Origin: the human T2T-CHM13v2.0 reference genome, Homo sapiens
Assembly (NCBI RefSeq): GCF_009914755.1
Contig: NC_060938.1
Direction: 5' to 3' (one strand)
Length of the DNA: 64,000 bases
Numbering within the stretch: the stretch's first letter is position 1; each line of letters begins with the position of its first letter. Below the pieces are notes generated by a model. That model searched no databases. It saw only the letters and a list, made by a program, of their open reading frames with translations, and was not told where the DNA came from. The position numbers and the translations under genes are program-made. Positions 27,034 through 40,409 of this stretch are shown one piece after another.

Positions 27034-27422
27034 GTATGAGATTTAGGTCAAGGTTCATTTTCTTGCATTTAGATGTTTGAATGCTTCAAACACTGTTTAT
27101 TCAGAAGACTGTCCTTTCTCTGATGAATTGCCTCTGCAAATTTATCAAAAACTCGGTAAAACTGTAGTTGCCCATGGGTATATGCAGCAGAGCAGAACTT
27201 TCTGAAGTAATGGAAATGGGAATACACGTTACAGGGTGTGTTATGTGGGCATATGCATTTGTCAAAACATCAATTTACACACTTTGTCAGTGAATTTTAC
27301 TGTATGTGAGTTATACTTCAATTAAAATATCAGTTGGCCATATTTCTGTAGGTTTATTTCTGGAAGTCTGTTCTATGCTGTTGATCTACATGTTTATCTT
27401 TTTGCCAATACCATGCTATCTT

Positions 27423-27752
27423 TATTTTTTATTATTTTATTTTATTTTATTTTATTTTATTTTATTTTATTTTTGAGATTGAGGCTCGCTCTGTTGCCCA
27501 GGCTGGAGTGCAATGGTGCAATCTCAGTCACTGCAACCTCTGCCTCCCAGGTTCAAGCTATTCTCCTGCTTCAGCCTCCCAAGTAGCTGGGACTCCAGGC
27601 ACATGCCACCATGCCTGGCTAATTTTTGTATTTTTAATAGAGACGAGGTTTCACCATGTTGGCCAGTCTTGTCTTGAACTCCTGGCCTCAATCGATCCGC
27701 CTGCCTCAGCCTCCCAAAGTGCTGGGATTACAGGTCTGAGCCACTCCCGGCC
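27423..27752 (-). mobile_element. AluS with (TTTTA)n tail
   Basis: TSD ACCATGCTATCTT (27410-27422 / 27754-27766). Confidence 0.95.
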
Positions 27753-30700
27753 AACCATGCTATCTTGATCTCAATTACTATAGCTTTATAGAAACCTTGA
27801 TGAAGTGGAAAAGTGTGATTCCTGCAACTCTGTTCTTTTTCAAAATTGTTTTGGCTATTCTTGTTTCTTTGCCTTTCCATATACCTTTAGAATCACCTTA
27901 GTTCTACCCACAAAAATCTTGTTGGGATTTTGATTAGGTTTGAGCTAAATTTATAGATTAATTAGGGGAAGATTCACATCTTCACAATACTATCTTCCAA
28001 TTTTGAACATAGTATGTTTTTTTCATTTATTTAGGTCCTCTTTATTTCATTAGCATTTTATAGTTTTCAGCATACCCTCTAATTGTTTACATAAATATTT
28101 ATTAGATTTATATGTAAGTATTTCAATTTTTTGGAATTGTTTTAAATATCATTTTTGGAGTTATTTTAAACAGCATTTAAAAAATATTTGGTTTCCAGCT
28201 CCTTATTGCTAACACATAAAAATATGATCCATTTTTTTACATGTACTCTGCAACTTTGCTAAATACATTCATTAGTTGTAGGAGGTGTGTATGTATGCTA
28301 TTTGTTGGGATTTTTCATGTAAACAATAATTTCATTTGTGAACAGGGACAGTTTTATTTCTTCTTTTCCAGTCAGGATATCTTTATTTCTTTTCCTTGCC
28401 TGATTGCTCTGGCTTGGAATTCCAGTATGGTGTGAAATAGGAATGGAGATAGAAGTTTGCCTTGTTTTCATTCACAGGAGGAAAGCATTCAGTCTTCATC
28501 ATTAGATGTGATCCTTGTTGGTTTTCCAATGATATGTCCTTTATTAGGTTGACAAAAGTCTCTTTTTGTAGCAAATCTACATTTTACATGTGAAAAGAGG
28601 GAGTAGATGAAAAAAGTAAATTACGTATTCATCTCATACTCAGTCAATCTACATTTTACTAAATAAGTTGAAGTAAACATAAAAAGAGGAAGCAGAGGAA
28701 AAGTCAATTATGCATTAATCTCAGGGTAGGTGAAGAGATAATTTCTGGTCTTGTCCTTGTCCTGTACCCGCAAAGATAAGCTGGTAGTTGACATTGTGAG
28801 GGTGAGAGTCAACAGAACTCAGTTTTAGGGCTAGTTTATAGGAGGGATATAGATCCTGAACGATTTAGGGCCTCACGTTTATACTTATTGTATCTTCCCT
28901 ATGAATTGGCCCTTTTATTGTTGTATAATGTCCTTTTTTGTTTCTTCTGACAGTTTTGACTTAAAATCTATTTGTCTAATATTGGTATAGCTACCTCTGT
29001 TCTCTTTTGGTTACTATGTGCATGGAATATCTTTTTCCGTTCTTTCATTTCAGCTTATGTGTGCCATTATATCTAAAGGGAATCTCTTGTATACATCAGA
29101 TAGTGAGGTCTTGTTTTTTAATTCCTTCAGCCATTCTGTCTTTTGATTGAGGCATTTAATCCATTTACATTGAAGCAATTACTGATTGGGAGAGACTTTC
29201 TGTTGTCATTTTGTTAACTGTATTCTGTATATGTTGTATCTATCTATTCCTCTTTTCCTTTTTCCTTTTTATTTGCTGCCTTCTTTTGTGTTTCATTGAT
29301 TTTTTTTTTTTTTTTTTTTTTTTTTTGGTGACATGCTTTAATTCCTTTCTCATTTTCTTTTGTATGTCTTCTATAGGTATTTTCTTTGCGGTTGCTATGG
29401 AGATTACAAAAAACATCTTATAGTTGTAACAATCTATTTTAAACTGTTAACTACCTAACTTTGATCACATAAAATTCCTTTACATCCCCTGTCCTACTTT
29501 GTTACCAATCTTTCAAATTATACCTTTTTATATTGCATATCCAATCAAGCTTTCAAACTATATCCTTTTATATTGCATATCCATTTATAGAGTTTTATAA
29601 TTGTAGTTATTTTTTAAGCTTTTATCTTTTAAATTCTATACCAGAATTTAAAATGACATACAACCTACCAGTACAGTATTACAGAATTCTGTATTTGTCT
29701 ATATATTGACCTTTACCAGGGAGCTTACATTTTCATATGCTTTCATATTGATATCTAGGATCCTTTCATTTGAAGGACTTCCATTAGCATTTCCTGTAAG
29801 GCAGGTCTAGTGGGGATGAACTCTCCCAGCCTTTGTTTATTTCTCCTTCATTTTTGAGTGACAGCTTTTTTGGCCATGGTATTTTGTATTGGCTTTTTTT
29901 TTTCTTTTAGCATGTTGAGTATATTATCTCACTTCCTTCTGGCGTATAAAATTTCTGCTGAGAAATCTGCTGATAATCCTATGGAAGATTTCATGTACAT
30001 GATGACTTACTTTTCTCTTGCTGTTTTTCAAGATTCTCTCTTTGTTTTTGATTTTGACAGTTTGATTATAATGTGCCTCAGTTTAGGCTCTTCAGGTTCA
30101 TCCTAGTTGGAGTTTATTGACTTTCTTGAATTTAGATGTTCTTTTTCCCCCTAGATTTGGGAAGTTTTCAGTCATTATTTTCTCCTTTCTCTCACTGTTC
30201 TTTCTCAGGGACTCTCATAATGTGTATATTGATCTGCTCAATGGTGTTTCTTTCTTTGTTTCTTTTTTGGCTTTGACTAGAAAATTTCAAATGACCTATC
30301 TTCAAATTCATTGATTCTGTTTTGCTCTTGATCAAGTGTGCTGTTAAACTCCTCTGGTAAATCTTCCAATTCAGTTGTTGTATTCTTCAGCTCAAGAATT
30401 TGTTAGGTTCTTTTTTAAAATAGTTTCTATTTATATTCTCATTTTATTCATTCTTCATTTTTTGGATGATTTTTGATTGCTGGTTGTCTGTACACCCAGT
30501 TAGCTCTTTAAATTTCTTTAAGATGGTTATTTTGAATCCTTTGTCAGGTAATTTATAGATACCTGTTTTTCTGATCTGCTTTTGGAGATTTATTTTATTC
30601 CTTTGATTGGGCCATGTTCCCCTGATTCTTCATATGCACTGATTTTTGCCGGGATTTGGGCATTTGAAAAACAACTACAACAACCAGCTCTTCCAGTCTT

Positions 30701-31599
30701 AATGGACTGGCTTTGTGTAGGGGAAGACCTTTACCAGTCAGCCTGGCTAGAGATTCTGAGGGTCTCTGCGACCTTCTCTGGAGATGTGTCTTGTCTGGGC
30801 TTGCATGTAATTTCCCAATTAGAGAAGTTTGCTAATTTCTTTTTCAACAGTTTGTGTTCTCTTGCTCTCTCTGTGACACTCCACAGTACTATAGGTTCTC
30901 CGGTACAGCAAGAAAACATCAAGTTCTTTTGTTCTCTGCAGCCCTAGATGTCCAAAGTATACCAGTTTCCCATTAGAGTCTGTGTTAAGCAAAACAGAAA
31001 CTAGTCTCTAAGGCAGCCCCCTGAAAAACTGGAACACTGGATATGCATTCACTCCTCTTTTCCTCCCAAAGGAGAAGCTCTGAGTAGGTTGTTTTCTCCC
31101 AATTCATTGAGCTGTGCCAGCCTGGGGAAAGGCTAAGAATAGCAAAATAAAATGACTTTTCCTACCTGTTTTAATTCTGCTGTTCTTCACTTTGTATTTG
31201 CCTAGGGGCACTGTGGTTTCATAACTGGTTTCTGGAGGTCTTATAAAGGCATTTTGTACAATATATTGTTGGTAAGTCTGTGGGGGGTGGGCAGGGAATG
31301 AGATCTGGGGCATCCTATTTTGTAATCTTACTTATATCACCTCCCAGGAAGATCAAATTTTATACTTATCAGTGTATGAGAGTAGAAATGTCATTGTATT
31401 GGGGAGTCAGTAGATAAGATTCCATATCTGTTTCTATCACTAATGATAGAACTACTGCTAAATTATAAAAATGTAAAATGGTGCTAGAATAGAGATTAGA
31501 GTAACATATTTTTGAAACTTTAAAATCTGAAGGAATTTATTGCTTAACTTCTGCCTACTTTCAGGGTATTAATACTAGAGAAATTTCCTCTAATACTTT

Positions 31600-31928
<329 letters not shown>

Positions 31929-33726
31929 TAATTATGAACCTGATGAATGCTTAGTAGGATATATATGTAAATCATCTGCAATTCATTCAACATGAGTAAT
32001 TACTGTTAACATTTTATAGTATTTTCTTTACATTTTGTATGTATCTGTATAATGTATTCAAAATTATGTATATTTAAATGTTCTCTATACACAGATCTGT
32101 TTGCTCTCTGATCACCAGGCTTTATATAATAAACTTTTTTTTTCATGTTAAACATTCACTGGTTTTTCAATATCTGCATATTTTCCTAATAATATATTGC
32201 TGTAATATACCTCATTTGACCATGTAACCATATCTCATATTTCTATTTTGGGAGGTTATTATAAATATGGGGCCATGAAAATGTTTGTAGAAATATTCTA
32301 TATGCTTTTAAAATATCCTGTTTTCTTCAAGTAGATTGCTGGAGATGGAATTTCTAGGTCAAAGAAGAATGTGGACATAAATGATTTTAGAACTTTTTCT
32401 ACCTTTGCCAGTTACCTTTGAAAAAGTGTGAGAGTGTTACATTGCTTTTGTTTCTCATGAATACTATCTTTTAAAAATTTTAGCTAACTTGATAGGTAAT
32501 TTTATTTGTATTTCTTTGAACATTAATTCTGCTTCTGTGGCTTGTTTATTCTTATCCCCTTTGCCCTTTTCTTTATTGTGATATTGGAAATGTCCCTTTC
32601 AATTAGTTTTTACTCTTTATTTATTAAGGGTGTTAATACTTTTTTTAGATTTGTGGTAAATATTTTCCCCTGATTCGTAGTCTGCATAGCTTTTAATTGT
32701 CTTATGTTATTGTGGGTTGAAACTTTTATTTAGTCAAATTTGTACAACTTTCTTTAGTAACTTTTTTCCTTTGCTGTTGTGCCTGCAGTCACACACCATC
32801 CAGATATTAATCACCTAGATTTTAAATTTTCTATATATATACAAATTTCTGACTATACTATATTCCTTCTCTATGAATAACCTCTTTTAACATTTTTTTG
32901 ATGGGCAAATTTGCTGGCAATGAATTCCCTCAGTTTTTGTTTGTATGAAAAAGTCTTTATTTTTTCTTCACTTTTGAAGGATAACTTTGCTGAATATAGA
33001 AATCTATGTTGGTGGACTCCCCCCATTTAACACATTAAATATTTTTCTCCATTCTCTTCTTGCATGGTTTCTAACAAAATGTCTGCTGCAACTTTCATCC
33101 TCTATAGATGTTTCCCTCCTTTTGGCTTCTTTCAAAATTTCTTATTTGACTTTGGCTTTCAGCAGTATAAATATGATAGCCCAGGTGTAGGTATTTTTGA
33201 CATTTATTGTGCTTAGTGGTGGTCTCTAAGCTTCCTAGATTGGTATTTTGGTGTCTGTCATTTATTTTGGAAAGTTCTTGGTCATTATTCCTTCAACATT
33301 TCTTTTGCTTCATTCTTTCTTCCCCTTCTGTTCAGTTACACACATGTCGCACCTTTGCAATTATTCCACAGTTCTTGGAAGGTCGCTGCTGCTGTCACTG
33401 CTGCTGCTCCTTCCTACTCCTCCTCTTCCTTGTTCCGCTTCTCCTCCTCCTCCTCTCTTTTTCTTCTCTGCCCACCTCCCACTCTGTTTTCTTCTCTCTT
33501 TGCATTTTTATCTGGGAGGTGTCTATTGAGCTATCTTCAAGTTCTCTGATTCTTTCTTCAGCCATGACTAGTCTCCTCATGAGCCCATCAAAAACATTCT
33601 TCACTTCTGTTTGTCTGATTTCTAGCAATTCCTTTAGATTCTCTCTTACAGTTTCCATTTCCCTGTTGACATTACCTGTCTGTTCTTGCATATTGTCTGC
33701 TTTTCCCATCAGTGTTCTTAACATAC

Positions 33727-34681
<955 letters not shown>

Positions 34682-35365
34682 CATATTAATCATAGTTATT
34701 TTAAATTTCCTATCCGATAAGTCCAGTATTTATCTGGTTTGATTATTACTTTGCCTCTTCAAATTGTTTTTTCTTGCCTTTTAGCATGCCTTGTAATTTT
34801 CATTGAAAGCTGAAAATAATGGATTGGGTAATAGACCTTTAGTATAAGGTTTTATGTTAATCTAGACTAGATTAATCACAGACTACAGTTGGCCTGTGTT
34901 TAGTATTTGCTGTAGCTGTAGGTGCCAGAGGCTTCAAATTCCTCTGGCGTCATTGTTTCAGTCTCCCCTGTTGTCTTTGGGATTCCCTAAGAACTCCTCA
35001 GATAGAGTTTGCATCTTGCAGCTCTTTTAGACGTAATCTAATGTAATCTGTTATTTTACTGGTGAGGTATGGTGCTAAGGTGTAGGGAAGGGGAAACATT
35101 CTGTAATCTTAGGACTACATACCAGTTTCTTAGTGGGCTTGCATTCATGGCCTATGACCTTCACAAGTGTTTCTTAGCTTTTATTTTCTTAAAGAAAAAA
35201 AAAAAAGCTCCCATAATGAGATAGGAAGGCTAGAGGGGGCCAGAGTAGGAGGAATGTCCTTCCCTCAGGTGGATAAGGCTCTGGTAAAGTCTTTTTGGAT
35301 TCCACTCTGGAGAGTAGGCCTTTATTTTTGAAACTCCTCTGGGCATATTTCACAATAGTTACCAT

Positions 35366-35480
35366 TAGGGATGGAATATTTGTGTCCCCCCACGCCCCCG
35401 CACCCCGCCAAGTTTATATGTGGAAGTCCTGACACCCAATATGAGTGTGTGTGGTAGGCTGCGTGTGGAGGTATTGGGAA
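35366..35480 (+). mobile_element. MLT1/MST LTR 5' fragment
   Basis: TTTGTGTCCCCC...TATATGTGGAAGTCCTGACACCCAAT. Confidence 0.55.
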
Positions 35481-36034
35481 ATTCAGGTTCCCAAAAGTTT
35501 GGTCGTAGTGAAGTCCTCAGAGGTCTTCTTGAGTCTTTCCTTTTCTTCACCAAAGGCTCACTGACGTCATCCATCCTCCTGATGGAGGTCAAAGCATTAA
35601 AGTCATTTTTCTCCCTAGGAGCGTCTCCCCCATTGCCAAATTGCCAGGCTAGTATTAGGGAGAAATGTCCTCCCTGAATTTCATTGTTGGGTTTTTTTTT
35701 TTTTTTTAAACCTTATTATGGCTTTAATGTTGAAATTTCTGTTTTGGACTTTTTAGCATGACACATACACACACCTCTCATTTTATTTTCATTGCTTTTT
35801 AAACTCCCATGTCCAATGTCTATTTTAATCTTATGTTTGGCAGCCTGAAACATTTTATTTCTAAAATTAATTCTCTAATTATACAACATCTACATGGCTT
35901 GTAATGACATCAGTAGAGCAGAATCTAGAATCCAACTCAAGGTTTTCGTTTTGTTTTTTAAGAGTAAGTAACTTATTTTGATCAATGTAGTAAGAGGAGA
36001 TTGAAAGGTACCAGTGTGTGTGAAAGTGAATAGT

Positions 36035-36165
36035 TGCTTCCTCTCCCCATCTCCTCTTCTTCCTCCCCTGCTCCTCTCCTCTTCTTCCTCCCCCTCCTTT
36101 CCTCTTCCTCCTCCCCCAACCCTTCTTCCTTCTACTCTTCCTCCTCCTCTGCTTATTCCTTCATC
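36035..36165. repeat. CT-rich, (CCT)n-like low-complexity tract
   Basis: Read directly. Confidence 0.85.
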
Positions 36166-36774
36166 TTAACTCATCCTTCACTAAAAAGAGTTATATTAGC
36201 ATTAGAAGTATTCCTTAATGGCTATACTTTTCAGATATTATAACTTCAGAATTTTCTAGCCAATAACAGGATTCTAGGGCAAATGTCATGTAGGATATGG
36301 CTCTTCGAGTACCAACATGGCAAGAAATTGATTTCCTCTATTGAAGACACATTGATTTTCAGCTGTACTGAAAAACTCACAGCCTTCCAGTATCGACAAA
36401 TAGTAAAAATTGACTTCACATAATAACACCTTTATTTACCTAGCCTTGTGACCCTCTGATTTTGTTAGATGATCCTATGGTGAAAGAATGCACCAGGACC
36501 AATGCTTGGACAAATAGTAAGTCTCCATTTTCTTTATAGTAGATGCTTCTACATAAAATTCCGCTTTGGGCAGTAACTTGCGTAGACAGCTGTTCTTGTG
36601 ACACGACATAATGCACACTGAGCACGGTGACAGCTCCAGACGATGGTCTACTCTGGAGTTTCCAACTGGACTGGTAATCTACTGGATACTCTCATCTGGA
36701 ATTGTCTCCTAGCTGAGTGGTTAAGCTATAGAAGCCCATGATTAAACAATGTTGTTTCTGGAAAGAATAATAGA

Positions 36775-36935
36775 AATGGTTATTATTAGTGAGTACTTAC
36801 TGTCTGCCAGGCCCTGCACTAAGGGCTTTTTATGTGTTAGTTTTGTTTAATCCCCACAATATATCTAAGAGGTATTATCCCCCTTTTCCCGTGAGGACAC
36901 TGAAGGTCCAACAGCTAATAAGTGAAGCTGGTGAT
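36775..36935 (-). mobile_element. MIR
   Basis: GAGTACTTACTGTCTGCCAGGC...TTTAATCCCCACAA. Confidence 0.65.
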
Positions 36936-37209
36936 ATGTCCTGTTTTAGCTACTAACATTTATCAGCTTCATCATACAGACATACTTTGTCAGATTGGTT
37001 AGCCAGGCAAGTGACCGCTGAGAGAATGGGGCACAGGAGAAGTAAGTGATGACTGCGAACACAGGCTGGACAAAGATCACTTTCTTATACGAGTCTGCAG
37101 TTCTTGAAATAATACCTATCAGATATGGCATTAACAGTGATTGGTAGCCTTATCCAAATGCGATATTTGACTTTTGCCTTCATATCATGGTTTGAATTTA
37201 CAAACTTCA

Positions 37210-37456
37210 TTTCTTTTTCTTTTTTTTTGAGATGGAATCTCGCTCTTGTCACCCAGGCTGGACTGCAATGGCGCGCTCAGTTCACTGCAACCTCTGCCTC
37301 CCGAGTTCAAGTGATTCTCATGCCTCAGCCTCCAGAGTAGCTGGGATTACAGGCATGTGCCACTATGCCCAGCTAATTTTTGTTTTTTTTTTTTTTTTTT
37401 TTTTTAGTAGAGACAGAGTTTCACCATGTTGGCCAGGCTGGTCTTGAACTCCTGAC
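37210..37456 (-). mobile_element. 5'-truncated AluS
   Basis: Stops at GAACTCCTGAC; TSD ACAAACTTCA (37200-37209 / 37455-37464). Confidence 0.93.
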
Positions 37457-40166
37457 AAACTTCAGATGGGGGCATTGCCTTAAGTGTATGATGCCCACCA
37501 TTGAGGTAGACTACCACATGGTACCTGGATGAGCATCTTATGTTTCACCAAACCAGAAATTTCCCAGGCAAAGTGAACGGAACAAGAGAGACTGTGGATT
37601 CAGACGTTTCCTATGCAGTTATACTTCTGAATGGGTAGTCACAGTGTGTTCAAGGGTAAATGATAGCTAAATTATCACCCATCTTTAAATGTTTTCACTT
37701 TAACGGGGTTACCAAATCGCTCTTTAAACTTGAATTTCTATCAAGCTTCAGAACCACAAATGTTTTCTTAGAATTTTTCCAAGATTATCTGAATCAGTGA
37801 GTCCTTTAACTCACTTCTCCAGGTATCAAAAGTCTTTTAAGTCTTTTTTCTGCCAAAGGTGAATCTATGCTAACGCCTTCTAGTACTGATTCTCCTTTCC
37901 ATTTTCCCATGCACCCTACTGCTTTCTGTCTCCCTTTGCAATTCAACAGAAAGAGAAATCATGAGGCAGTATGAAATGAAGGACTTTTCTGGGCTGATTT
38001 TCCTTTTGAATCAGAATGGAAATTTATGGTCATAGTGCTTTCCATGAGGTATTTAGAAGTTTCCAGTCAATCATTGCTCTTATCAGGGGTTCTTAAAGGC
38101 TTTGGGAGATACTAGGTTAGCTTTCTTACAATATAGGCTGCCCTTTGTTACAGCGACACTTTCTTTTTGCAGATTTTTTTTTTCTTAACAGAGAAAATGG
38201 AGATATGAAATTATTTCCTTAATCTCTACAATAATCAAATCATAATTATTTCTATTCTATTTTTTAAACTTTTAAATTTCACTAACAGTACATAGCCATT
38301 GCAGTAATTTTTTTAAAAAATAGAGAGGAGCTTAAAAATAACAAAAACCTCTATAATCCCATCACCCAGAGATGAGTTTTGGCCCCATTCATCTCACAAG
38401 TTCTGTGCAACTATTGCATTTCATGTTGCCTATTCATATTAAGAGAATAGCATTACTTTTATTATGATGATGATTTGTAAACAATTTCCCAGAGTTAATT
38501 CCCAGACATTTAAAAATTTTGGCCATAATTGAAAGTCAGGATTTTATCTTCTCAGTTGGAAAGTAGAAGAGAAAAGTATAACAGTGAAAAAAATTTTTCT
38601 TAGGTGTGTATTTGTGTTGGATTGTTCTAATTTCAAAACAGAGAAAGTTTTGAACTCCTGCTTTCATGGTTCATTCTTAGAAATAAATAGAATTGTTTTC
38701 CCAAGAAAACCTTGGAAAACTTTCTAGTAATAGCAGGAGGAATATGGGAGTAGGAAATGGCAAGTTGAAGGATTTTAATTTGGAAACTGCCACCTTTTGG
38801 AATACAGAAGAGCTGGTTATGGGATTGGCCCCTGGCTTTACTTGTCGTTAACATGGGCTTTGATAAGGCGAAAACAAAGTGAGGGCTTCGAGCCACAAGT
38901 CAAGGTCTTGGGAAAGCTTAGCAAAATGGTGCAAGTCTCTCGTGATATCTACCTTTATGCTTACTGCTTTCTATTGGCAAAAATCTCTCATCTTTTGCAG
39001 ATGCACTGAGATCCCATCAGTAGACAGAGAAAGAACGTGGGTGAGTCAGAAGCAATCAGCCAGAAGCACACAAATGGGTGTGGACATGTCACTGCCAACA
39101 ACCCACACAGAGTGGCTGGCTACTGCATTCACCCTTAGGATCTCCTAATGAGCACAGTTAACAGTAGTTGGAGCTTTGTCTCTGACATCCTCTTGCAGTC
39201 ATCTGCCTTATTTGCTGATTGATTTCTGTTCTTGAAACTCTGAACAGGAAGCCTTCTGTTGACTCATCCCTGCTTTTCAGACTGGAAAGCACTTGTAATT
39301 TTATCTGCCATGTATAGTCTCTAAAAATTTATTTTGAAGATATGCTGTATCAAAAGCAATTTAAGAAAGTAGGAAGGTAGGAAATATAACAACCAAAACC
39401 AAACAGTGACACTAAATATATACATATATATAGCTGTACACTAGACTTAACCTAAACTGACCAGCTAGATGATTTTGATGCAGTAAAGACAAGTTAAGAA
39501 AATTTGTCTTTACTGTCAACAAGACAGTAAACTTGTCTCTATGTCAACAAGAAAAAAGGCAATTAGAAATTCTTGGAAAAACAGAAATTTGCAAATGAAG
39601 TCCCAATTTAATATGAGGTAAACTGAAATGTGACAGAATTCTGCATAATTGATGGTATATAAGAAAAAAGAAAAAAGAATACATTGGAACTTGACGCTTA
39701 CAGCTAGTATGGTGACAACGGACTATATCTCCTTTAACTGATTTAGTTTCACCATCTGGAACTGCACTGAATAAAAATATTTACCTAATTGTAATACTGA
39801 ATATATTTTATTAGTTTTCATTTTTCATAATTAACCTGTATGCAAAGCATGGAAGATAAATTATATTTGCTGAACAAAATGGAAATATTCTAAAACTTGA
39901 TGTTGTAAATTAATGCTTATTATAGGTGATAAAATGTAAGGGGGGGATTGAGGTGGAATGGAGTACAAGAGCATATGTTTTCTTCTGTTTCATAGTGGAT
40001 GGTTGAAATGGTACTCTTTAGTCTTGATACATAGAGAAGTAGAGATTTAGGAATATGATTACATGATTAAGGTAACAAATGAAAGATTATATATCTGAAG
40101 AGGACAGAGGGGAAAGGAGATGCTGTGTCTCAAAATTGTGTTCTCCTCTAGCAGGGAATCAATATA

Positions 40167-40409
40167 CGGTTGACCCTTGAACAACACGGGTTTGAATTCA
40201 GGAGTCCTCTTATATCCCAGTCTTTTTTAAACCAAACATGAATTGAAAATACAGTATTCCCAGGATGCAAAGCCTGTGTATAGGGAGGGCTGACTTTGCG
40301 CATATGCAGATTCTGCAGGTGGACTGCAGGACTTGAGTATGCCTGGATTTTGGTATATGCAACAGGTCCTGGAACCAATCCCCCAAGTGAGTATACTGAG
40401 GGGCGACTG
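40167..40409. mobile_element. MER8 (Tigger-derived) MITE
   Basis: CGGTTGACCCTTGAACAACACGGGTTTGAA...ATACTGAGGGGCGACTG. Confidence 0.88.

Larger units (their letters stand above)
25280..28569 (-). mobile_element. L1MC-like 5'-truncated insertion
   Basis: Antisense L1 3'UTR/ORF2; 17-bp TSD AGCA(C/A)ATCTACATTTTA (25263-25279 / 28570-28586). Confidence 0.85.
25100..28877 (-). mobile_element. ERV1 MER4-group LTR in two pieces (25100-25279 and 28570-28877)
   Basis: GAGGTTTATTTAGCCAAAGTTTGAGGAC at the left and CAGTTTTAGGGCTAG...GGCCTCAC at the right; the halves join through the TSD of the inner L1. Confidence 0.7.
21910..31345 (-). mobile_element. Long L1MA/L1MB-type element (3'UTR to 5'UTR) with deletions and nested inserts
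   Basis: 3' end at 21910; RT remnant YENPTANIKLNGEKLKAFPL in ORF 23621-23878; ORF1 and 5' region at 28878-31345. Confidence 0.8.

Noticed and set aside
29510-29583. 40-bp-period tandem duplication
   Set aside because: Ordinary slippage within a dead L1
35365-35592. ORF with NLS-like PLVKKRKD
   Set aside because: Short, runs into an LTR fragment, no recognisable homology or splice context
36617-36637. REST/NRSE-like TGAGCACGGTGACAGCTCC
   Set aside because: Half-site spacing is one base short and key positions mismatch
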